Source of the DNA: Candidatus Poribacteria bacterium
GTDB taxonomy: Bacteria; Poribacteria; WGA-4E; PCPOR2b
Assembly (NCBI GenBank): GCA_965215015.1
Contig: OZ244042.1
Coordinates: 3,232,001-3,296,000, forward strand
DNA length: 64,000 nucleotides
Direction of reading: 5' to 3'
Shown: positions 23,203 through 32,419 of the stretch, in pieces
How positions within the stretch are numbered: position 1 is the first letter of the stretch
How the letters are laid out: every line of letters begins with the position of its first letter
Translations under genes and position numbers: made by a program
Notes under the pieces: generated by a model
What the model was told of the DNA's origin: nothing
What the model saw: the letters and a program-made list of their open reading frames with translations, nothing else
Databases searched by the model: none

Positions 23203-23334
23203 GTGTCATACTCACCATCAACCCCTATATCAATATGCAAGACTGAAAGCCGGAATATACGCCTTTCTATTGGAATTATTTCTATTATCATTATTATTCC
23301 GTCTTGCGATGGTGGGCTGATGCAAACGACGTAA
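23203..23334 (+). CDS. Ile-rich leader peptide (MSYSPSTPISICKTESRNIRLSIGIISIIIIIPSCDGGLMQTT)
   Basis: GAGGAG RBS, GTG start, 8 Ile in 10 codons at 23269-23298, TAA just before a terminator hairpin. Confidence 0.78.
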   Translation: MSYSPSTPISICKTESRNIRLSIGIISIIIIIPSCDGGLMQTT

Positions 23335-23361
23335 ACTCGATTACAGCAGTCATAAAAATAT

Positions 23362-23407
23362 AAACGCCCATCATCGAAAACGATTTCGGTGGTGGGCGTT
23401 TTTGTTT
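23362..23407 (+). terminator. Attenuator terminator of ileS
   Basis: AAACGCCCATCATCGAAA-ACGA-TTTCGGTGGTGGGCGTTT followed by TTGTTT. Its 5' arm can pair instead with CGATGGTGGGC (23307-23317). Confidence 0.82.
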
Positions 23408-23447
23408 GCAGGGAAGTTTATACACGTTTCACGCATAGGAGAAAAGC

Positions 23448-26400
23448 ATGTTCAAAGCTGTAGCCAATACAGTAGACTTTATCGGCCAAGAACATCAAAT
23501 CTTAGATTTCTGGCGCGACAGCGAGGTTTTTCACAAACTCAAGAACCTGCGGCAGGATGGGCCTCGCTGGAGTTTCGTTGACGGACCAATTACTGCCAAT
23601 AACCCAATGGGTGTCCACCACGCATGGGGTCGTACGTACAAAGATCTCTTTCAGCGATTCAAAGCCATGCAAGGCTATCAGACCCGATACCAGAACGGGT
23701 TTGATTGCCAAGGACTCTGGATTGAGGTCAATGTCGAGCGCGATATGGGTTTCAAAGCCAAAAAGGACATTGAAGCCTATGGACTGGATAAATTTGTCAA
23801 CGCCTGCAAGCGGCAAGTACTCCGCCATGCAGCCACGCAGACAGAGCAATCCATACGGCTCGGCTACTGGATGAATTGGAACGATCCGGGTCTCTTGCGC
23901 GAACTAGAGAGGGAAATGGCACAGGATCCCTCACAGACCCTCACTGTGGAGGGGCCGAATGGTCCCATTACGGATACGGTTGAGCAACTTGTGGGAAGAC
24001 TCGGATTACCGGAGTTGGGGGGATCTTACTTCACGTTCTCCAATGAGAACAACTACACCATCTGGACGATGTTGAAGAAATGTTTCGACCGCGGTTGGAT
24101 CTATAAAGGTACCGATGTCATGCCGTGGTGTTCGCGGTGCGATACTGGCATCAGCCAGCATGAGATTGTCACCGACGGATACCGGGAACTCACGCATACC
24201 AGCATCTTCCTTCACTTCCCGCTGCGTAACCGCCCCGGCGAGAGCCTACTGGTCTGGACGACGACACCGTGGACGCTGACGAGCAATGTTGCAGCGGCGG
24301 TGCACCCAGATCTAATCTATGTTTTGGTGGAACAAGGCGAGCATCGTTTCTGGTTGAGCAAGGGGGCGTTAGAGAATGCCATCCGAGGGGGTTATCAGAT
24401 TCTTGCGGAGAAATCGGGCGGCGAATTGGAAGGCTGGACCTATGACGGTCCCTTCGATGAACTGCCAGCCCAACAGGCCTCTGGGGCAGTTGAGGGGCAC
24501 CGCGTTATCCTGTGGGATGAGGTTGGTGAAGCGGAGGGTACAGGGATTGTCCACACCGCACCGGGTTGTGGTGCTGAGGACTTTGAATTGAGTAAAGAAC
24601 ACAGTATCCCTGTCATCGCGCCGTTGGGAGCAGAGGGGATTTATCTCGACGGATTTGACTGGCTGACCGGACGCCAGGTTCACACGGTCGCGGAGGACAT
24701 CTTTGAAAACCTGAAACAGAAAGGGATTGTCTATCGCCTCGAAGACTACACCCACCGCTATCCGGTGTGTTGGCGCTGTGAAGAGGAGCTGGTCTTCCGC
24801 CTTGTGGACGAATGGTTCATCTCAATGGGCGACCAACTCGATAAACCGTATGAGCAGGTGACGGAGGCAGAGAAGGAACAGAATCTGCGCTACCAGATGA
24901 TGGAGGTTGTCCTCAACGAAACTAGGTGGTATCCTGCCTTTGGACTCGCTCGCGAACTCGACTGGCTGCGCAATATGCACGATTGGATGATTTCTAAGAA
25001 ACGCTACTGGGGACTGGCACTACCTATCTACGAATGCGAGGACTGCAACCATTTCCATGTGGTTGGAAGCTTGAAGGAATTGAAGAAACTTGCCGTTGAA
25101 GGTTGGGATGAATTTGAGGGACATACACCACATCGCCCTTGGATTGACGCGGTGAAGATTGCCTGCCCAGGTTGTGGGGCTGCTGTTTCCCGTATCCCGG
25201 ACGTTGGGAATCCTTGGCTGGATGCCGGTATCGTCAGCTTCAGCACGATGCAATATCGCACCGACCGCGACTACTGGCGTCAATGGTTCCCCGCTGATCT
25301 AATCAGCGAGAGTTTTCCGGGACAATTTCGGAACTGGTTCTATTCGCTGATTGCAATGAGTACGGTGATGGAACGGCGTGCCCCGTTTAAGCAAAATTTC
25401 AGTTATGCGACGTTGTTTGCAGAAGACGGACGCGCAATGCACAAATCCTGGGGAAATGCCATCTGGTTTGATGACGCCGCCGAGACGATGGGTGTGGACG
25501 TGATGCGCTGGATGTACTGCGCTGCCAAACCGGAGCAGAATCTGCTCTTTGGCTACAAGCACTCCGATGAGGTTCGTCGCCAAGTTCTCATTCCGTTCTG
25601 GAATGTGTATAGCTTTCTTGTCACTTATGCCAACGTTGATGGCTGGAAACCGGACGCGAATCTGTGGAAGGATACACCACAAAGGTCTGAAAATCTGCTT
25701 GACCGTTGGATTCTCTCCCGCCTGCAAAACACAGTCCGCTCGGTTACGGAGCGTCTGGAAGAATATTCCCCGGATGGTGCCTGCCGTGTCGTTGAATATT
25801 TTCTGGATGATCTGTCAAACTGGTATCTGCGTCGAAGTCGGCGCCGTTTCTGGAAGTCGGAAGCGGATATAGATAAGGAAGCCGCCTATCAGACGCTGTA
25901 CCAGGTTATGGTGACGACCAGTCGGCTGTTAGCACCGTTTGTCCCCTTTGTTACCGAGTCAATTTTCCAAAACTTGGTGTGTTCAGTTGATTCAGATGCC
26001 CCTGAAAGCGTCCACCTCTCCGATTACCCCGCCCTAGAGGAGGCACTGGTCGATACATCGTTGGAAGATGACATGAGGCTTGCCCGGGACTTAATCGGTT
26101 TGGGACGTGCCGCTCGGAATCATTCAGGGATCAAGACACGGCAACCGATTGGACGCATTGCGATCGGTGGAATCTCTGAGAAGCAACAAGCTGCCATCAA
26201 TCGGTTGTCCGCGCTTGTATTGGACGAGTTGAACGTCAAAGAGATCTCTTTCCACGGGGGGATTGACGAGTTCGCGACTTATACAATCAAGCCGAATTTT
26301 AAGCTGCTGGGCCCGAAATATGGGAAGAATGTCCAAGCGATTGCGAAAGCAATGTCAACGGCAAATGCACTCGATCTCAAACGGGAACTCGATGGAAACG

Positions 26401-26807
26401 GTGAATTGGAGATTCAGGCGGACGGTGTGAGTTACAGGCTAGACAGAGCGGAGGTTGATGTGCAATCGGAGAACCGGGCGGGTTACGCTGTCGAGGCAGA
26501 CGCTCACAAGTTTGTCGCCCTCTCGACGGAGTTGACACACGAACTTATCCTCGAAGGTTTCGCACGGGAGTTGGTCAACAAGATTCAGCAGATTCGGAAG
26601 GAAGCCGACTTCAATGTCTCTGACCGGATCGCGCTCAGTTTGGAATCGACGCCAATTGTCCACGAAGCGTTTGACTGTCACCGGGACTACATCACACATG
26701 AGACCTTGACGCTCCACGTCGTTGAGTCGTCAAGTGCAAATGCCTGTCTGAAATCACAGAAGGTCAACGGCGAGGATGCAACAATTGGTGTGGAGCAGGT
26801 GATTTAA
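23448..26807 (+). CDS. ileS: Isoleucine--tRNA ligase, type 2
   Basis: DGPITANNPMGVHH, GFDCQGL, WTTTPWTL, GTGIVHTAP, DWMISKKRYWG, AMHKS, IleRS2-like C-terminus (EGFARELVNKIQ). Confidence 0.96.
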   Translation: MFKAVANTVDFIGQEHQILDFWRDSEVFHKLKNLRQDGPRWSFVDGPITANNPMGVHHAWGRTYKDLFQRFKAMQGYQTRYQNGFDCQGLWIEVNVERDMGFKAKKDIEAYGLDKFVNACKRQVLRHAATQTEQSIRLGYWMNWNDPGLLRELEREMAQDPSQTLTVEGPNGPITDTVEQLVGRLGLPELGGSYFTFSNENNYTIWTMLKKCFDRGWIYKGTDVMPWCSRCDTGISQHEIVTDGYRELTHTSIFLHFPLRNRPGESLLVWTTTPWTLTSNVAAAVHPDLIYVLVEQGEHRFWLSKGALENAIRGGYQILAEKSGGELEGWTYDGPFDELPAQQASGAVEGHRVILWDEVGEAEGTGIVHTAPGCGAEDFELSKEHSIPVIAPLGAEGIYLDGFDWLTGRQVHTVAEDIFENLKQKGIVYRLEDYTHRYPVCWRCEEELVFRLVDEWFISMGDQLDKPYEQVTEAEKEQNLRYQMMEVVLNETRWYPAFGLARELDWLRNMHDWMISKKRYWGLALPIYECEDCNHFHVVGSLKELKKLAVEGWDEFEGHTPHRPWIDAVKIACPGCGAAVSRIPDVGNPWLDAGIVSFSTMQYRTDRDYWRQWFPADLISESFPGQFRNWFYSLIAMSTVMERRAPFKQNFSYATLFAEDGRAMHKSWGNAIWFDDAAETMGVDVMRWMYCAAKPEQNLLFGYKHSDEVRRQVLIPFWNVYSFLVTYANVDGWKPDANLWKDTPQRSENLLDRWILSRLQNTVRSVTERLEEYSPDGACRVVEYFLDDLSNWYLRRSRRRFWKSEADIDKEAAYQTLYQVMVTTSRLLAPFVPFVTESIFQNLVCSVDSDAPESVHLSDYPALEEALVDTSLEDDMRLARDLIGLGRAARNHSGIKTRQPIGRIAIGGISEKQQAAINRLSALVLDELNVKEISFHGGIDEFATYTIKPNFKLLGPKYGKNVQAIAKAMSTANALDLKRELDGNGELEIQADGVSYRLDRAEVDVQSENRAGYAVEADAHKFVALSTELTHELILEGFARELVNKIQQIRKEADFNVSDRIALSLESTPIVHEAFDCHRDYITHETLTLHVVESSSANACLKSQKVNGEDATIGVEQVI

Positions 26808-26937
26808 GGCATCATCTTGAACGGTTACACTTTGGGCTTCAATAAGAGCAATAACTACCCGCTATATCGGTGCGCCCCATGTAACACCTTTTTGCTGTGT
26901 AGGTTGTCAATTTACCTTCCACGCAACAGGTTTATTC

Positions 26938-28581
26938 TCACTCAAGCTTTTGAAGCGACTCCTCAATATCGGCTTTGAGACTTTCATTCCCGTTCTGTTT
27001 CGCAAGTTTCAAGGCAGTTCTGAGGTCTTGCTTCCCCTCCCAAAGACGTTTCAACCCCACCTTCGCATCTCCCCGACAGTAGTATAAATAGGCATCATCG
27101 GGTTCGAGACGGATAGCTGTGTCATAATCGGTAATAGCGGCGGCATATTGCCCTAATTCCTCCTTCGCATATCCCCGGCTGTAGTAAGCATAGACATAAT
27201 CAGGTTTGAGACGGATAGCCGTGTCATAATCGGTAATAGCGGCGGCATATTGCCCTAAGTCTGTTTTTGCATATCCCCGACAGCAATAGGCATAGGCATA
27301 ATCGGGTTCGAGGCGGATAGCCGTGTCATAATCGGTAATAGCGGCGGCATATTGCCCTAAGTCTGTTTTTGCATATCCCCGACAGCAATAGGCATAGGCA
27401 TAATCGGGTTCGAGACGGATAGCTGTGTCATAATCGGTAATAGCGGCGGCATATTGCCCTAAGTACCTCTTCGCATAGCCCCGAAAGGAGTAGGCAATGG
27501 CATAATCGGGTTCGAGGCGGATAGCCGTGTCATAATCGGTAATAGCGGCGGAATGTTGACCTAAATCTGTTTTTGCATTTCCCCGGCTGTAGTAAGCCTC
27601 GGCAAAATCGGGTTTGAGGCGGATAGCCGTGTCATAATCGGTGATAGCGGCGGCATATTGCCCTAAGCTCTCCTTCGCACCCCCCCGGCTGTAGTAAGCC
27701 TCGGCAAAATCGGGTTCGAGGCGGATAGCCGTGTCATAATCGGTAATAGCGGCGGCATATTGCCCTAATTCCTCCTTCGCATCTCCCCGGCTGTAGTAAG
27801 CCTTGGCATAATCGGGTTTGAGACGGATAGCCGTGTCATAATCGGTAATAGCGGCGGCATATTGCCCTAATTCTGCTTTTGCAGCTCCCCGAAGGCAGTA
27901 GACATAGACATAGACATAATCAGGTTTGAGACGGATAGCCGTGTCATAATCGGTAATAGCGGCGGCATATTGCCCTAAGTCTGTTTTTGCATATCCCCGA
28001 CAGCAATAGGCATAGGCATAATCGGGTTTGAGACGGATTGCTGTGTCATAATCAGAGATAGCGGCGGCATATTGCCCTAAGTCTGTTTTTGCATATCCCC
28101 GACAGCAATAGGCATAGGCATAATCGGGTTTGAGACGGATTGCTGTGTCATAATCGGAGATGGCGGCGGCATATTGCCCTAATTCCTTCTTCGCATCTCC
28201 CCGGCTGTAGTAAGCCTTGGCATAATCGGGTTTGAGACGGATAGCCGTGTCATAATCAGAGATAGAGGCGGCACATTGCCCTAACTTCCCCTTCGCATAT
28301 CCCCGACAGCAGTAGGCCTCGGCATAATCGGGCTTGAGGCGGATAGCCGTGTCATAATCGGTAATAGCGGCGGAATGTTGCTCTAACCTTTCCTTCGCAA
28401 AACCCCGAGAGACATAAACATCGGCATAATCGGAGTTGAGGCGGATAGCCGTGTCATAATCAGAGATGGCGGCGGAATATTGCCCTAAGCTCTCCTTCGC
28501 ATCTCCCCGACAGCAGTAGGCCTCGGCAAAATCGGGTTTGAGACGGATTGCGATGTTCATAATCAGTATTGCGATTTTCAT
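26938..28581 (-). CDS. TPR array protein, copy 1 (15 repeats; disrupted 5' end)
   Basis: 34-aa AxAYxxRGxAKxxLGQ..AAIxDYDTAIRLKPD repeats plus a capping helix. Confidence 0.85.
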   Translation of the reverse strand: MKIAILIMNIAIRLKPDFAEAYCCRGDAKESLGQYSAAISDYDTAIRLNSDYADVYVSRGFAKERLEQHSAAITDYDTAIRLKPDYAEAYCCRGYAKGKLGQCAASISDYDTAIRLKPDYAKAYYSRGDAKKELGQYAAAISDYDTAIRLKPDYAYAYCCRGYAKTDLGQYAAAISDYDTAIRLKPDYAYAYCCRGYAKTDLGQYAAAITDYDTAIRLKPDYVYVYVYCLRGAAKAELGQYAAAITDYDTAIRLKPDYAKAYYSRGDAKEELGQYAAAITDYDTAIRLEPDFAEAYYSRGGAKESLGQYAAAITDYDTAIRLKPDFAEAYYSRGNAKTDLGQHSAAITDYDTAIRLEPDYAIAYSFRGYAKRYLGQYAAAITDYDTAIRLEPDYAYAYCCRGYAKTDLGQYAAAITDYDTAIRLEPDYAYAYCCRGYAKTDLGQYAAAITDYDTAIRLKPDYVYAYYSRGYAKEELGQYAAAITDYDTAIRLEPDDAYLYYCRGDAKVGLKRLWEGKQDLRTALKLAKQNGNESLKADIEESLQKLE

Positions 28582-29076
28582 AATCGTTGATAGCGGCGGA
28601 ATGTTGCCCTAATCCCTCCTTCGCATATCCCCCGACTAACGTAAGCATAGGCATAATCGGGTTTGAGACGGATTGCTGTGTCATAATCGGAAATTGCCCC
28701 CTGATAGTCCCCCAACCTTGATTTGTCAGTACCTCGAAGGAGGTGGGTCTTAGCAGATATGGATTGACTCTGTTGCAAAAGCTGTAATCCCTTCAATGGT
28801 GTATGTTATGTTCTTACCCGCCAACTTTGGGGTGCCTTGTGCTGCACCTTCGATGACGTGGTAGTTGGTAGCGATCAGGTGCTGCCGGACAAAAAAGCCG
28901 CTGCCCCGTCCGAGGGGTATACCGTTTCTATCCTGTATCTCTAAAGATACGGTAGCCGCTAGTGCTTTTTCTGCAATCTGTGGTGCGGTTTGCGCGTTGC
29001 TTGTGGGGCAGTATAGCAGCACGATCACAAGTGAAACTAGATGCAGCTGCTCTAATAATTTTTTCTGATGTTTCAT
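28578..29076 (-). pseudogene. 5' part of copy 1: signal peptide, truncated trypsin-like domain and 2 frameshifted TPRs
   Basis: GSGFFV..IATNYHVI (His motif) with no Asp/Ser motifs; frameshifts near 28780, 28629-28633 and 28555-28585. Confidence 0.7.
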
Positions 29077-29430
29077 TGCATCTCCCCTTCGTAAATTCAC
29101 CTGTGTCTAAAAGATTATGTTTCTGTTTTGGATATTAATTTCGCATTTCAGTTTGTAGTAGGGTAATTCATTGCGCTTTCGGACGGGCGATCAATCGCCC
29201 TACTACAAACCTACGCCCTTGCTGTAGTTGCCCGATTCATTGGGCGTTGGCAATGGTGTCAGCGATGAATCGCTGAACGACAAAACTTTGAACGTTCAAC
29301 TGCGTGAGTCCTACTGGTTTTCTTTTGTACGCTATTATACCCTATCCTCTAAAAGTGTTGCAACATTCTGTCTAAATCTGTATTTTAAGATTAACAGGGT
29401 TGATTCTATTCGCCCCTATTTATTATCCTG

Positions 29431-29671
29431 AAAATCGTTCCATCCTGAGCATCCTGATTCTGACAATTTATACCACCCTCCCTGATACCATCATTCATCC
29501 CGTTCGACAGCGACTGGTGTGGAGCAGGTGATTTAAGGCATCATCTTGAACTGTTACGCTTTGGGCTTCAATAAGAGCGGTAACTACCCGCTATATCGGT
29601 GCGAGCCACGTAACACCTTTTTGCTGTGTAGGTTGTCAATTCACCTCCCGCGCAACGGGTTTATTCTCACT
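29431..29671. repeat. Tandem-duplication junction (right flank fused to left flank)
   Basis: 29431-29515 matches 33522-33606 (includes the oxidoreductase 3' end). 29515-29671 matches 26786-26942 (includes the ileS 3' end). Confidence 0.9.
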
Positions 29672-31703
29672 AGTCCACTGCTTGAAGGTGTGCCTCAATT
29701 AAGGCTTTGAGAATTTCATCCCCATTCTGTTGTGCAAGTTTCAAGGCGGTTCTGAGGTCTTGCTTCCCCTCCCAAAGACGTTCCAGCATCATCTTCGCAC
29801 GTCCTCGGTCGTAGTAAGCCCTGGCAAAATCAAGTTTGAGATGGATTGCGATGTCATAATCGGCGATGACAGCGGAATATTGCTCTAAGTGCCACTTCGC
29901 ATTTCCCCGGCCGTAGTAAGCCTCGGCATCATCGGGTTTGAGACGGATAGCCTCGTCATAATCGGCGATAGCGGTGGAATCTTGCCCTAAGTGCCACTTC
30001 GCATTTCCCCGACTGACGTAAGCCCTGGCAAAATCAAGTTCGAGATGGATTGCGATGTCATAATCAGCGATAGCGGCGGAATATTGCCTTAAGTCTGCTT
30101 TTGCATCTCCCCGACTGACGTAAGCATAGGCATCATCAGGTTTGAGACGGATAGCCTCGTCATAATCAGCGATAGCGGCGAAATGTTGTCCTAAGTTTGC
30201 TTTTGCCCTTCCCCGAAAGTAGTAAGCATAGGCATCATCAGGTTTGAGACGGATAACCATGTCATAATCGGCGATGGCGGCGGAATGTTGTCCTAAGTTT
30301 GCTTTTGCCCTTCCCCGATTGGCGTAAGCATAGGCATCATCAGGTTTGAGACGGATAGCCTCGTCATAATCGGCGATGGCGGCGAAATGTTGTCCTAAAT
30401 TCCTCTTCGCATTTCCCCGAAAGTAGTAAGCATCGGCAAAATCGGGCTTGAGACGGATAACCATGTCATAATCGGCGATGGCGGCGGCATATTGTCCTAA
30501 GTGCCACTTCGCATTTCCCCGATTGGCGTAAGCATAGGCATCATCAGGTTTGAGACGGATAGCCTCGTCATAATCAGCGATAGCGGCGGAATGTTGCCCT
30601 AAGTTTGCTTTTGCCCTTCCCCGAAAGTAGTAAGCATCGGCATCATCGGGTTTGAGACGGATAGCCTCGTCATAATCGGCGATGGCGGCGAAATGTTGTC
30701 CTAAATTCCTCTTCGCATTTCCCCGAAAGTAGTAAGCATCGGCAAAATCGGGCTTGAGACGGATAACCATGTCATAATCGGCGATGGCGGCGGAATGTTG
30801 CCCTAAGTTTGCTTTTGCCCTTCCCCGAAAGTAGTAAGCATCGGCATCATCAGGTTTGAGACGGATAGCCTCGTCATAATCAGCGATAGCGGCGAAATGT
30901 TGTCCTAAGTTTGCTTTTGCCCTTCCCCGAAAGTAGTAAGCATCGGCATCATCAGGTTTGAGACGGATAGCCTCGTCATAATCAGCGATAGCGGCGAAAT
31001 GTTGTCCTAAGTTTGCTTTTGCCCTTCCCCGATTGGCGTAAGCATAGGCATCATCTGGGTTGAGGCGGATAGCCGTGTCATAATCAGAGATGGCAGCGGC
31101 ATATTGCCCTAAGTTTGCTTTTGCCCTTCCCCGGCTGTAGTAAGCATAGGCATGATCGGGTTCGAGGCGGATAGCCGTGTCATAATCAGAGATGGCAGCG
31201 GCATATTGCCCTAAGTTTGCTTTTGCCCTTCCCCGGCTGTAGTAAGCATAGGCATGATCGGGTTCGAGGCGGATAGCCGTGTCATAATCAGAGATGGCAG
31301 CGGCATATTGCCGTAATTCCTCTTTCGCCAATCCCCGAAGGACGTAAGCCTCGGCAAAATCGGGTTCGAGGCAGATAGCCGTGTCATAATCAGAGATGGC
31401 GGCGGCATATTGCCCTAAAACCACCTTCACAATTCCCCGGCTGTAGTAAGTATGGACATAATCGGGTTTTAGACGGATAGCCGTGTCATAATCGGTGATA
31501 GCGGCGGCATATTGCCCTAAGTCTACTTTTGCCCTTCCCCGATTGGCGTAAGCCTCGACATAATCTGGGTTGAGGCGGATAGCCTGCATATAGTCCGCAA
31601 TCGCCCCCTGATAGTCCCCCAACCTTGATTTGTCATTACCTCGAAGGAGGTAAGTATCAGCAGATATGGATTGACTCTGTTGCAAAAGCTGTAATCCCTT
31701 CAA
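29670..31703 (-). CDS. TPR array protein, copy 2 (19 repeats)
   Basis: 677-aa ORF of 34-aa repeats with the LWEGKQDLRTALKLA cap. Confidence 0.87.
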   Translation of the reverse strand: MKGLQLLQQSQSISADTYLLRGNDKSRLGDYQGAIADYMQAIRLNPDYVEAYANRGRAKVDLGQYAAAITDYDTAIRLKPDYVHTYYSRGIVKVVLGQYAAAISDYDTAICLEPDFAEAYVLRGLAKEELRQYAAAISDYDTAIRLEPDHAYAYYSRGRAKANLGQYAAAISDYDTAIRLEPDHAYAYYSRGRAKANLGQYAAAISDYDTAIRLNPDDAYAYANRGRAKANLGQHFAAIADYDEAIRLKPDDADAYYFRGRAKANLGQHFAAIADYDEAIRLKPDDADAYYFRGRAKANLGQHSAAIADYDMVIRLKPDFADAYYFRGNAKRNLGQHFAAIADYDEAIRLKPDDADAYYFRGRAKANLGQHSAAIADYDEAIRLKPDDAYAYANRGNAKWHLGQYAAAIADYDMVIRLKPDFADAYYFRGNAKRNLGQHFAAIADYDEAIRLKPDDAYAYANRGRAKANLGQHSAAIADYDMVIRLKPDDAYAYYFRGRAKANLGQHFAAIADYDEAIRLKPDDAYAYVSRGDAKADLRQYSAAIADYDIAIHLELDFARAYVSRGNAKWHLGQDSTAIADYDEAIRLKPDDAEAYYGRGNAKWHLEQYSAVIADYDIAIHLKLDFARAYYDRGRAKMMLERLWEGKQDLRTALKLAQQNGDEILKALIEAHLQAVD

Positions 31704-31983
31704 TGGTGTATGTCATGTTCTGACCCGCCAGTTTTGCGGTGCCTTGTGCTGCACCTTCGATGACGTGGTAGTTGGTAGCGATCAGGTGCTGCCGGACAAA
31801 AAAGCCGCTGCCCCGTCCGAGTCGTATACCGTTTCTATCCTGTATCTCTAAAGATACGGTAGCCGCTAATGCCTTTTCTGCAATCTGTGGTACGGTTTGC
31901 GCGTTGCTTGTGGGGCATTGTAGCAGTGCGATCATAAGTGTAACTAGATGCAGCTGCTCTAACAATTTTTTCTTATGTTTCAT
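31657..31983 (-). pseudogene. Signal peptide plus truncated trypsin-like protease fragment (copy 2), out of frame with the TPRs
   Basis: MKHKKK..SNA/QT, GSGFFV, ATNYHVI; overlaps the TPR ORF in another frame. Confidence 0.7.
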
Positions 31984-32419
31984 CGGATCTCCCCTTCGTA
32001 AATTCACCTGTGTCTAAAAGATTATGTTTCTGTTTTGAATATTAATTTCGCATTTCAGTTTGTAGTAGGGTAATTCATTGCGCGTTCGGACGGGCGATGA
32101 ATCGCCCTACTACAAACCTAAGAGCTTGCTGCGGTTGCCCGATTCATTGGGCGTTGGCAATGGTGTCCTGTGGCGATGAATCGCCAAACGACAAAACTTT
32201 GAACGTTCAACTGCGTAAGTCCTACTCGTTTTCTTTTTTATATTATTATACCCTATCCTCCTAAAAGTATTGCAACATTCTGTCTAAATCTGTATTTTAA
32301 GATTAACAGGGTTGATTCTATTCGCTACTATTTATTATCCTGAAAATCCTTCCATCCTGAGCATCCTGATTCTGACAATTTATACCACCCTCCCTAATAC
32401 CATCACAGGTTTAGTCTCA

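Noticed and set aside
23110-23447. T-box riboswitch before ileS
   Set aside because: No GGTGGnACCGCG T-box or stem I motifs; the leader-peptide model explains the region.
26786-29540. Prophage or island att site at the ileS 3' end
   Set aside because: No integrase. The repeat runs ~150 bp past ileS and joins the opposite flank, which fits tandem duplication.
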